Source: Vulcanimicrobiota bacterium
Lineage (GTDB): Bacteria > Vulcanimicrobiota > Vulcanimicrobiia > Vulcanimicrobiales > Vulcanimicrobiaceae
NCBI GenBank assembly: GCA_003133025.1
Contig: PKZK01000142.1
Coordinates: 6,622 to 17,859, forward strand
Reading direction: 5' to 3'
Length of the DNA: 11,238 bases
Positions 1-7,424 of this stretch are shown in pieces. A program made the translations under genes and the position numbers. The stretch's first letter is position 1. Each line of letters starts with the position of its first letter. The notes beneath the pieces are model-generated. The model was not told the DNA's origin. It searched no databases and was given only the letters and a program-made list of their open reading frames with translations.

Positions 1-1700
1 CCGATGCGGATCGGCCCGCTGCCCACCACCACGATCGCCTCGCGCGTGGGTTTGCGCATCTCGTCTCGTTCGAAGCGCGACAAGTAATAGTACGGCGAGC
101 GCGCGGGAAACTCGGCGGCCGCGGTGTCGACCATGCGGAAGGCCACGCCTTGCCCGTTGGCCGGATCGGTTTCCGCGACCGCGGCTTGATTCCACAGCGA
201 CACGTTTTCGCCCGAATCGGTCAGCTTTGCAATGCTCGCCCGCGCGTAGCCGCACTCGTAGGCGCGGCGCAAGTCCGCGGCCACGGGGGAAGTGCGAATG
301 CGCTCTTCGAGTTCGACGAGTTCCTGTAATTCCCAAAGCCAAAACGGGTCGATGCCCGTGGCTTCCGCGAGCGACTCCACCGTGCGCCCGCGGCGCAGCG
401 CCTCTGCCGAGGCGAAGAGCCGTTCGTGCGTGGGCGCGAGTATCGCGCTCTCGAGTTCGTCGTCGCTCCAGTTTGCAACAGAGGTGCCGGTCAGCGTTTG
501 GCGTCCGAGGTCGAGGCCGCGCACGGCTTTCATCAGCGCGGCCTGATACGTGCGCCCGATGCCCATGGCTTCGCCGGTCGACTTCATCTGCGTGCCCAAG
601 CGCGTGTCGGCGCGCGGAAACTTGTCGAAGGGCCAGCGCGGAATCTTGACGACCACGTAGTCGAGCGTCGGTTCGTAGGCAGCTTTGGTGACGCCCGTAA
701 CCGGGTTTTCGATTTGGTCGAGCGTGTAACCGAGCGCGATCTTCGTGGATATCTTGGCGATCGGATAGCCCGTCGCTTTCGAGGCCAACGCCGAGCTGCG
801 GCTCACGCGCGGATTGACCTCGATGATGTTGTACTCGGTGCGGTCGGGGTGCAGCGCGAACTGGATGTTGCAGCCGCCTTGCACCTTGAGCGCGCGAATC
901 ACGTTGAGGCTCGCGCTGCGCAGCAACTGGTATTCAGTGTCGGAGAGCGTCTGCGAAGGCGCCACCACGATCGAGTCGCCGGTGTGCACGCCGACCGGAT
1001 CGACGTTCTCCATGTTGCAGACGATGATGCAGTTGTCGGCGCGGTCGCGCAGGATCTCGTATTCGACTTCTTTCCAACCCAGCAGCGAGGTTTCGACCAG
1101 CGCCTGGTGGATCACCGAAGCCGCCAACCCGGTGGCGAGCGTCTCACGCAGTTCGGCTTCGTCGCGCACCACGCCGCCGCCGGTGCCGCCGAGCGTGTAG
1201 GCGGGCCGCACCACGAGCGGGTAGCCCGCGTCCTGGGCGAAACGCACCGCGCTCTCGACGTCGGTCACCACGATCGACGACGGCACGGGCTCGCCGATGG
1301 CCAGCATCGCCTGTTTGAAGGCCGCCCTGTCTTCGGCCAGCACGATCGTCTCCACCGGCGTACCCAGGAGTTCGAGGCCGTAGCGTTCGAGCACGCCCGT
1401 CTCGTGGAGTTCCACGGCGAGGTTGAGTCCGGTCTGGCCCCCGAGGGTCGGCAGCAGCGCGTCGGGCCGTTCGCGAGCGATGATCGCTTCGAGCGAGGCG
1501 GCGGTGAGCGGCTCCAGGTAGACCGCGTCGGCGATCTCCGGATCGGTCATGATCGTCGCCGGGTTCGAGTTGACCAGGACGACGTAGTGGCCTTCTTCAC
1601 GCAGGGCCCGGCACGCTTGGACACCCGCGTAATCGAACTCCGCGGCCTGCCCGATGACGATCGGACCCGAGCCGATCACCAAGACCTTCCGCGAGAGCAC
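1..1700 (-). CDS. carB: Carbamoyl-phosphate synthase large subunit, 5' part (runs off the left edge of the window)
   Basis: Manual minus-strand translation gives (M)[160 protein letters not shown], which are hallmark CarB motifs. The duplicated second half begins near base 1. The ORF track misses it because there is no stop codon in the window. The GTG start at 1700 is tentative. Confidence 0.97.
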   Translation of the reverse strand, partial: MLSRKVLVIGSGPIVIGQAAEFDYAGVQACRALREEGHYVVLVNSNPATIMTDPEIADAVYLEPLTAASLEAIIARERPDALLPTLGGQTGLNLAVELHETGVLERYGLELLGTPVETIVLAEDRAAFKQAMLAIGEPVPSSIVVTDVESAVRFAQDAGYPLVVRPAYTLGGTGGGVVRDEAELRETLATGLAASVIHQALVETSLLGWKEVEYEILRDRADNCIIVCNMENVDPVGVHTGDSIVVAPSQTLSDTEYQLLRSASLNVIRALKVQGGCNIQFALHPDRTEYNIIEVNPRVSRSSALASKATGYPIAKISTKIALGYTLDQIENPVTGVTKAAYEPTLDYVVVKIPRWPFDKFPRADTRLGTQMKSTGEAMGIGRTYQAALMKAVRGLDLGRQTLTGTSVANWSDDELESAILAPTHERLFASAEALRRGRTVESLAEATGIDPFWLWELQELVELEERIRTSPVAADLRRAYECGYARASIAKLTDSGENVSLWNQAAVAETDPANGQGVAFRMVDTAAAEFPARSPYYYLSRFERDEMRKPTREAIVVVGSGPIRI

Positions 1701-1774
1701 GATCGGTGTTTTTGGCCACGCGCGCCCGCTCGCCTTCCGGGAAGACTTCCTACCCCGTGCGCGAAGGGCCGCGC

Positions 1775-2239
1775 ATGGCCGAGACACATACGCTCGAGGT
1801 CGTCCTGGAGCGCTCAGACAATTCGGGTTCGTCGACGTTCTTCGAGGTGCCGGGCGAGGTCATGGCGGCGCTGGGAAAGCGCAAACGCCTGCCCCTGGCG
1901 GTGAACATCAACGGTGCGGCCTATCGTACCACGACGTCGGTCTACGACGGACGTTTCTACGTGGTCGTGCGGGCGGAGATCCGCGCCGCGGCGGGCGTGG
2001 AGCCGGGCCAGCGCGTGCGGGTGCAACTCGGCCGCGACGACGAGCCGCGCACCGTGGCCATTCCCCCCGACCTTGCCGCCGCCCTGAAAAAGGCCGGGCT
2101 CACCGACGCCTTCGCGCGCTTCTCGTACTCGCATCAAAAAGAGTACGTCCAGGCCATCGCAGATGCCAAGCGGCCCGAGACGCGCGCCGCGCGCATCGAG
2201 AAGACGCTGACGGCCACCGCCGCCAAGAAGGCCAAATAA
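1775..2239 (+). CDS. DUF1905 / YdeI-OmpD-associated (bacteriocin-protection) family protein, 154 aa
   Basis: The N-terminal half ([53 protein letters not shown]) is DUF1905-like. The C-terminal half ([45 protein letters not shown]) is the OmdA/YdeI pattern. The ATG at 1775 has GAAGG upstream, and the TAA ends at 2239. Confidence 0.88.
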   Translation: MAETHTLEVVLERSDNSGSSTFFEVPGEVMAALGKRKRLPLAVNINGAAYRTTTSVYDGRFYVVVRAEIRAAAGVEPGQRVRVQLGRDDEPRTVAIPPDLAAALKKAGLTDAFARFSYSHQKEYVQAIADAKRPETRAARIEKTLTATAAKKAK

Positions 2240-2298
2240 CGAAAGAGCCCGCGCACGAATGCAGCGGGCTCTCCGATCGTCGCGAGCCGCGCTCGCGA
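2240..2298. terminator. Putative intrinsic terminator(s) between convergent genes: two hairpins
   Basis: Stem AGAGCCCGC (2244-2252) pairs with GCGGGCTCT (2264-2272) and is followed on the minus strand by TTCGTTATTT. A second perfect 8-bp stem is TCGCGAGC (2280-2287) / GCTCGCGA (2291-2298). Both lie between the stop codons ending at 2239 (+) and 2303 (-). Confidence 0.7.
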
Positions 2299-2302
2299 AA
2301 TG

Positions 2303-2713
2303 TTACTTGCCCTTGGCGACCTGGGCTTCGGTCACGGCCGAAGCCTTGTTGCCCCACGACGAGCGGATGTACGTGATCACGGCGGCGATCTCGGCGTTGC
2401 TCAGGGTGCCCTTCCACGGCGGCATCGCGTTGTTGTACGACGCGCCGTTGACCTTGATCGGTCCGTTGAGGCCGTTGAGCAGGATGTGGATCACCTTGTT
2501 CGGATCGCCGGTCACGACGTCGTTCTTGGCGAGCGGCGGGAACGTGCCGGTCAAGCCCTGGCCCGTTGCCTGGTGGCAGCTCGAGCAGTTCTTGGTGTAA
2601 ACCGCTTTACCGTCGGGCGCGGCCGAGGCGGTGGCGGAAGCATGGCCGTGCGGTACGAGTGCCGCGGCGGTCAAGGCCGAAGCCGCCACAGCGAAGAGGA
2701 CGAAGCGTTTCAA
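2303..2713 (-). CDS. Monoheme class I c-type cytochrome with Sec signal peptide, 136 aa
   Basis: TTG start at 2713 with AGGAG at 2728-2724. The signal peptide is (M)KRFVLFAVAASALTAAALV. Motifs: DGKAVYTKNCSSCH (CxxCH at 2587-2573), GQGLTGTFPPLA, likely axial Met in AMPPW, and LSNAEIAAVITYIRSSWGN. Confidence 0.93.
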   Translation of the reverse strand: MKRFVLFAVAASALTAAALVPHGHASATASAAPDGKAVYTKNCSSCHQATGQGLTGTFPPLAKNDVVTGDPNKVIHILLNGLNGPIKVNGASYNNAMPPWKGTLSNAEIAAVITYIRSSWGNKASAVTEAQVAKGK

Positions 2714-2715
2714 GT

Positions 2716-2739
2716 GGAGTTCACTCCTTACCGGTAGGG
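2716..2739 (-). promoter_or_regulatory. Shine-Dalgarno site of the cytochrome c gene with overlapping short inverted repeats
   Basis: The minus strand reads CCCTACCGGTAAGGAGTGAACTCCAC-TTG. It contains the SD sequence AGGAG, a GGAG-TGAA-CTCC mini-stem, and a near-palindrome at 2726-2739. Confidence 0.5.
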
Positions 2740-2757
2740 GGCTATTAGGCCGATTGT

Positions 2758-3405
2758 TCAGGGCGCCAGACGCAGAATCCGCCATTGGGCCGACGGTTCC
2801 CGCTCGTAGGCGATTCTGTCGTGTACCCGGTTTCGCCGGCCTTGCCAGAACTCGAAGCGCTCTCCCGCCACGCGGAAGCCGCCCCAATGTTCCGGTCTGG
2901 GAACTTCGACGCCGGCGAAGCGTTCCTCGGCCTCGCGCATGCCCGCATCGAGCGCGGCCCGGTCCGCTACGACCCGGCTTTGCGGCGAGGCCCAGGCGCT
3001 GAGCCGATGGCCCCGCGGGCGTTGGGCGAAGTAGGCGTCCGACTCCTCGGGCGAGAGCCTGCTGACCGCGCCCTCGATGCGAATCTGGCGCTCGAGCGCG
3101 GCCCAAAAAAACAGCAACGCGGCGCGGGGATGCGCCGCGAGTTCCCGGCCCTTGCGGCTCGCGTAATTGGTGAAGAACGTAAACCCTCGCTCGTCGAAGC
3201 CGCGCAGCAGCACGACGCGCGCATCGGGTTGACCGGCGGGATCGATCGTGGCCAGCGTCATCGCGTACGGTTCGAGCAGTCCCTCCGTCTTCAGCGCCTC
3301 CTCCAGCCACAGTGAGAACTGCGCAAACGGGTCGGGCGCGACCGACGTCTCGTCGAGTTCGGCCCGCTCGTAACTCACGCGCGCGGCCTGCAAGCGTTCG
3401 TTCAC
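2758..3405 (-). CDS. pdxH: Pyridoxine/pyridoxamine 5'-phosphate oxidase, 215 aa
   Basis: Motifs: R.SY..AELDE..DPFAQFSLWLEEA..EPYAMTLAT..RVVLLRG..FFTNYASRKG..FFW..LERQIRIEG..ESDAYFAQRP..AWASPQS..PRPEHWGGFRV..FEFWQGRRNRVHDRIAY..RLAP. The GTG start overlaps the upstream TGA (GTGA, 3402-3405). Confidence 0.96.
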   Translation of the reverse strand: MNERLQAARVSYERAELDETSVAPDPFAQFSLWLEEALKTEGLLEPYAMTLATIDPAGQPDARVVLLRGFDERGFTFFTNYASRKGRELAAHPRAALLFFWAALERQIRIEGAVSRLSPEESDAYFAQRPRGHRLSAWASPQSRVVADRAALDAGMREAEERFAGVEVPRPEHWGGFRVAGERFEFWQGRRNRVHDRIAYEREPSAQWRILRLAP

Positions 3406-4325
3406 GGAAATCTCCCCAAGCCGAAGCCGGCCAAAAACGTGAGCAGCACGAGCGCGCCGCCCCCGAACGCGAAGGGCAGGGAGGCGTCGACGCGCCGCTT
3501 CTCCCACACCGTGTCGAACGCCAAGCGCCGGAACTCGTCGCGCAGCGTGCCTGCATCGCCGGCACGCGCGTAGCGGCCACCAGCGTTGGAGGCGATCGCG
3601 CGCAACGCGTCCTCGTCGATCTCGGCCGGTTCGCTCGTGCCCGGTATCAGTTGGCCGCTATCGTTGGTGCCGACGCCCACCGTCGAGATCGTGATGCCCC
3701 GCGCGCCGATCTGCTGCGACGATACTTGCGGGTCGACGCCGCGATTATTCACGCCGTCGGTCAGCAGCACGATCGCGCGCCGGCCCTTGGGCGGCATCTG
3801 CGATGCCGCGACCGAGAGCGCGTCGCCGATTGCGGTCGCGCCGTTGGGGTAGGGAATGCGGTCCAAACTCTGCCGTACCGCGTCGAGGTCGGACGTGGGC
3901 GCCTGAATGATCGCCGCGGCGCTCGAGAAGCTGACGATGCCCACGCGCGTACCGTCGGGCACCGCGTCGATGAAGACCCGCGCTGCGGCCTTGGCCGCCT
4001 CCCAGCGCGTCGGCTCGATGTCGGTGGCGCGCATCGAGCCCGAGACGTCGATGCAGATCATCACCGTCGCATCGCGCACGGGAATGCGCGCTTCGACGCG
4101 CGGTCCGGCGAGCGCGAGCGCCAGCGTGCCCGCACCGACGAGCCAAGCCGCGAAGAGCGCCGCGCCCGGCACGCGCGACGGACGGAGCGCCCCGAGTGCA
4201 AAGTCGAGATTCGAGTACGCCAAAGCCTGGGCATCACGCCGATGCTCGAGCCGCCGGTACAGCCAGGCCAAGGCCACGCAGATGAGGACTGCGGCCGGCA
4301 GCCAGAGCGGGTGCGCGAAACTCAC
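3402..4325 (-). CDS. Membrane-anchored von Willebrand factor A domain protein (BatA-like, MoxR-associated), 307 aa
   Basis: N-terminal FAHPLWL plus two hydrophobic segments ending ALAGP. MIDAS motif DVSGS (IDVSGSMRATDIEPTRWEAAK), GATAIGDAL, and IVLLTDG. Also ISTVGVGT, IDEDALRAIA..GGRY, and a C-terminal TM helix. GTGA overlap at the start. Confidence 0.92.
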   Translation of the reverse strand: MSFAHPLWLPAAVLICVALAWLYRRLEHRRDAQALAYSNLDFALGALRPSRVPGAALFAAWLVGAGTLALALAGPRVEARIPVRDATVMICIDVSGSMRATDIEPTRWEAAKAAARVFIDAVPDGTRVGIVSFSSAAAIIQAPTSDLDAVRQSLDRIPYPNGATAIGDALSVAASQMPPKGRRAIVLLTDGVNNRGVDPQVSSQQIGARGITISTVGVGTNDSGQLIPGTSEPAEIDEDALRAIASNAGGRYARAGDAGTLRDEFRRLAFDTVWEKRRVDASLPFAFGGGALVLLTFLAGFGLGRFP

Positions 4326-5299
4326 TTCGGAGCGGCTGCGTCCGCGAGGCCGAGCGCCGCACGCAAACTCGCCGGCACCGCGGCCTTATCGCCCGAGAAT
4401 GCCGGCGCGAGCACGCGGACGCCCGCCGCGGTGAGCAGCGAGCGGCCACGACCGGCGATCAGAAACTCGACGAACCTCGCCGCGCCCTCGGGATCCGGCG
4501 CCTTGTTCAAGATGGTCAGCGCGTAGACGATCGCGCCGCTCTTACGCGTCACGCCGTCGACCGTGACCGAAACCGATTGGTACGTCTTGTCCAGCGCCGG
4601 GTTGCCGAGGTTCGCGTAGACCGGCAACTCGACGGCCGGCAGACGCCGCACCGCGCTCTCGGTCGAATAGAGAAACGCCGCGTCGAGCTCGCCGCTCTCG
4701 AGGCGCACGAGCGTCGTCTCCTCGGGAAACACCTGGCTCGGATTGCGCGCGTTGCCCAACAGTTTTTCCGCGAGGTCGGGAATGCCGCTCTCGCGCTGCA
4801 AGAGTTGCGCCACGATCAACGTGCGATAGCCTTTGGGATCGAGTGCGGGATCGGTCCGGCCGATTTTCAATCCCGGCTGCAACAACACGTCGACCAGCTT
4901 CCGTTCGCCGCGCGCGGCCTGTACGAACGAGTGCGCGAACGGCGAGTTCGGCGAATACCCGATCACCATCCGCGTGGCCGCGAAGGTCGCATACCACGAG
5001 GCGAAGCCGCCTTGGCCCATCAAGCCTTGGATCAGCACCGGATCCGCCGAAATGAAGACGTCCGGATTGCTGAGGCCGCCCGAGATCAGTTTGGCCAACT
5101 CCACGCTGCCGCGCGGCTCGCCGTGCACGTCGAGTCCGATTGCGGCGGCCGCGGGAACGAGCGACCGCTCGAAGACCGTCACGAGCGAACCCGCATACAA
5201 GACCGAGACGGGAGCGCCCGCCGCTGCCGCGGGACGCGGAACGAGCCCGGCTACACCCAAGGCCCCGGCGGCAACGACAAACGAACGGCGGTCGATCAT
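4322..5299 (-). CDS. Extracellular solute-binding protein, tungstate/molybdate WtpA/ModA-like, with twin-arginine signal, 325 aa
   Basis: MIDRRSFVVAAGALG..AAAAGA signal peptide. Motifs: VLYAGSL, GSVELAK, PDVFISAD, RTDPALDPKGYRT, FPEETTL..LESGELDAAFLY, IVYALTIL, AARFVEFL. The ATG overlaps the DUF58 stop (ATGA, 5296-5299). The ORF-track extension to 5731 is not used. Confidence 0.85.
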   Translation of the reverse strand: MIDRRSFVVAAGALGVAGLVPRPAAAAGAPVSVLYAGSLVTVFERSLVPAAAAIGLDVHGEPRGSVELAKLISGGLSNPDVFISADPVLIQGLMGQGGFASWYATFAATRMVIGYSPNSPFAHSFVQAARGERKLVDVLLQPGLKIGRTDPALDPKGYRTLIVAQLLQRESGIPDLAEKLLGNARNPSQVFPEETTLVRLESGELDAAFLYSTESAVRRLPAVELPVYANLGNPALDKTYQSVSVTVDGVTRKSGAIVYALTILNKAPDPEGAARFVEFLIAGRGRSLLTAAGVRVLAPAFSGDKAAVPASLRAALGLADAAAPK

Positions 5300-6138
5300 G
5301 GCGTTAGAGCAGTTCGGGGAGCGATGCCCAACGCCTCGAACAGCGCCGCCGGCGGCCCGGCGTCGTCGAGCACCGCCGCGGCGATGCCGGCAGCGAGCAG
5401 GCGCTCGAGCACGCGCTTCTCGCGCGCGGCGCTGGCAGCAACGTAGCGTTCGCGTTCGGCGCGACCGATGTAGAGCCGTTCGACGCGCCCGCTCTCCGCA
5501 TCGCGCAAGCGCACGAAACCGCCGAGCGGCAAGCCGCGCCGCCACGGATCGCCCGCGACCAGCGCGATCGTATTGAAGCGCGCAACGCACGCCCGCAGGC
5601 GCACCCGGACCTCGTCGAAGTCGAAGAAATCGGAAACCACCAACACGTGCGCGTCGCGCGGCAAGGCCGCCAGCGCCACGTCGAGCGCCGCGCCGAGCGT
5701 TGCACCGGGCGGATCGCATTCTTCCGCACAATGGCGTGCCGCGTTGCGCCCGCGCGTGCGCGGAAAGGCGAGCCCGGCGGCGGTCGCACGCGCGCAGCGA
5801 TCGGCATCGATGGCCGCGCCGTACCAGAATTCTGCCGCCGCGAGGGCGCGCGCAGCGTTGCTCTGCGTCCGCCCCACGAGCATCGATGCCGAACCGTCGA
5901 GCACGGCGGCCAGCGTTAGCGCGTGGTCTTCAAAGACGACGCGCGTCTGCAGACCGCCGGCGCGGGCGGTCGCGGCCCAATCGATGCGCCGTGGATCGTC
6001 GCCGTCGACGTATTCGCGCAGTTCGGCAAACTCGAAGCCGTCGGACCGGCGCTTCACCGGTGCGCCCGCGCCGCGCACGCCGGGGCGCCGTCGTCCGGCC
6101 AGCAGGGCCTCGCGCAGCCGGGCGTTGAGCGGCGTCAT
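5296..6138 (-). CDS. DUF58 domain-containing protein (vWA-like MoxR partner), 280 aa
   Basis: DUF58 signature GFEFAELREYVDGDDPRRIDWAATAR, with VLDGSASM (DxSxS), VLVVSDFFD, and LPLGGFVRLRDAESG. ATGA overlap at the start. Confidence 0.92.
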   Translation of the reverse strand: MTPLNARLREALLAGRRRPGVRGAGAPVKRRSDGFEFAELREYVDGDDPRRIDWAATARAGGLQTRVVFEDHALTLAAVLDGSASMLVGRTQSNAARALAAAEFWYGAAIDADRCARATAAGLAFPRTRGRNAARHCAEECDPPGATLGAALDVALAALPRDAHVLVVSDFFDFDEVRVRLRACVARFNTIALVAGDPWRRGLPLGGFVRLRDAESGRVERLYIGRAERERYVAASAAREKRVLERLLAAGIAAAVLDDAGPPAALFEALGIAPRTALTP

Positions 6139-7418
6139 CCGCCGCCGACCCGGCGGATCGCGCGCACCGGGCGCGCCGCCGGTCCGCGCTTGGGCAAATA
6201 CCGCAGCACGAGGATCGCCAGGTCGTCGCCGATGCGCGGGCTGCGCTTGCGCAAACGCTGCACCATGCCGTCGGCCATCTGTTGACCCGTGCCCTCGGCC
6301 TCGCCGAACCAGCCCGCAACGCCGGTCGCATCGAGTTGATTGCCGCGCGCGTCGCGCGACTCGGTCAGGCCGTCCGTGGTGATCAACAGTGCGTCGCCCG
6401 CGCCCAGACGCAATACCTTGGTCTCGTATTCCACGTCGTCGATGATGCCCACGATCGGGCCGGTCGGCGCGATGGGCAGGATCTCGCCGCCCAAACGCGC
6501 CCAGGCCGGCTCGTGACCGGCCGAGGCGTAACGCACTTCGCCGCTCTGCGTGTCGATCACGCCGAGGAACAGCACGACGAAGGTTTCGCGCTTCTCGATG
6601 TTTCGCTCGAAGAGTTTGGCGAAGCGCGTCAGCGTGCGGCCGGGATCGCGCGACTCGCCGACCAGCGTGCGAATCGAGTACTTGATGAACGCCGTATCGA
6701 CGGCCGCGTCGATTCCCTTGCCGCTCACGTCGGCGATCAAGAACGCGCCGAAACGCTCGTCGATGGCGTAGACGTCGAAGAGGTCGCCGCCCACATCGGA
6801 GCCGGCCGTCGCCGAGATCAGCACCGAGCCGAGACTGACGTTGGGCAGTTCCTTACGCCGGCTCAAAAACGCGCGCTGCAAGCGTTCGACGACCGAACGG
6901 CCCTCTTCGATGCGGCGCTGCAGCCGGGCTTGCACGAAGGTGAATAAGAACGCCGTCAGCGCCACGAGCGCGAAGAGCGCGTTGGAGTACTTGCGCACCT
7001 GTTCGTTTTGGTCGAGCGCGCGTTGGAACCGATCGGCCCCGGCCTGCTCGCGCGCTTTGAGCGCGGTCTCCAAATATTGGAAGTCGTTGCGGTCGGCCGG
7101 GAAAGCGAATTCGGGAGCGCGTTCGGCTTCGTTCTGGGCGAGACGGCTTATCGTCTTGAGATCTTCGTCGAGCAGTTTCTCCTGAAAGGCGAGATCCCGT
7201 TCGGCCACGTGATGCTCGTACTGTTCCACGAAGAGCAGTTCCGAATCGCGTTGCGCGTACACCACCGCCGATTGATAATCGAAGGTGTCCTTGATGTCGA
7301 CGGCGCCGTAGTTCGCCAGGTACGCGGCCCACGTAAAGCCCGCAACGAGCACCAGCACGAACGCAAAGGTGACGAGCGTGCTGGTCCTGGTGAAGTTACG
7401 GCGGAGGGACTCCAACAT
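6135..7418 (-). CDS. Membrane-bound PP2C family (SpoIIE/RsbU-like) Ser/Thr phosphatase with N-terminal extracytoplasmic domain, 427 aa
   Basis: Two hydrophobic helices (LVTFAFVLVLVAGFTWAAYL and ALFALVALTAFLFTFV) flank a helical domain. They are followed by RLQRAFL, VGGDLFD, IADVSGKG, FVVLFLG, YASAGHEP, LITTDGLTE and GDDLAILVL, the metal-binding Asp motifs of SpoIIE-type phosphatases. Confidence 0.92.
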   Translation of the reverse strand: MLESLRRNFTRTSTLVTFAFVLVLVAGFTWAAYLANYGAVDIKDTFDYQSAVVYAQRDSELLFVEQYEHHVAERDLAFQEKLLDEDLKTISRLAQNEAERAPEFAFPADRNDFQYLETALKAREQAGADRFQRALDQNEQVRKYSNALFALVALTAFLFTFVQARLQRRIEEGRSVVERLQRAFLSRRKELPNVSLGSVLISATAGSDVGGDLFDVYAIDERFGAFLIADVSGKGIDAAVDTAFIKYSIRTLVGESRDPGRTLTRFAKLFERNIEKRETFVVLFLGVIDTQSGEVRYASAGHEPAWARLGGEILPIAPTGPIVGIIDDVEYETKVLRLGAGDALLITTDGLTESRDARGNQLDATGVAGWFGEAEGTGQQMADGMVQRLRKRSPRIGDDLAILVLRYLPKRGPAARPVRAIRRVGGG

Positions 7419-7424
7419 GGCCCC

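Noticed and set aside
3..1680. Repeated GSGPI(V/R)IG motif at both ends of the carB segment
   Set aside because: This is the known internal duplication of CarB (two ATP-grasp halves), not a novel repeat.
426..1904. 492-aa plus-strand ORF, the longest ORF-track call at the left end
   Set aside because: It is the antisense shadow of carB. High-GC codon bias suppresses stops on the opposite strand, and it has no recognisable motifs.
2714..3580. Apparent 425-aa cytochrome c with a long N-terminal extension
   Set aside because: The extension overlaps pdxH in another frame and reads as low-complexity sequence. A signal peptide and SD support the TTG start at 2713.
5300..5731. N-terminal ORF-track extensions of the WtpA-like gene (to 5731), and likewise pdxH (3507), the acylase (10016), the hypothetical (10984) and the YdeI-like gene (1706)
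   Set aside because: The four minus-strand extensions run inside the upstream gene, and coupled stop/start junctions give better starts. For the YdeI-like gene the SD-preceded ATG at 1775 fits better. These are not fusions or real overlaps.
7385..7418. LRRNFT at the phosphatase N-terminus (and ARRLG in the acylase) as additional Tat signals
   Set aside because: The flanking residues do not fit the S/T-R-R-x-F-L consensus well. They are more simply positive-inside residues before a TM helix.
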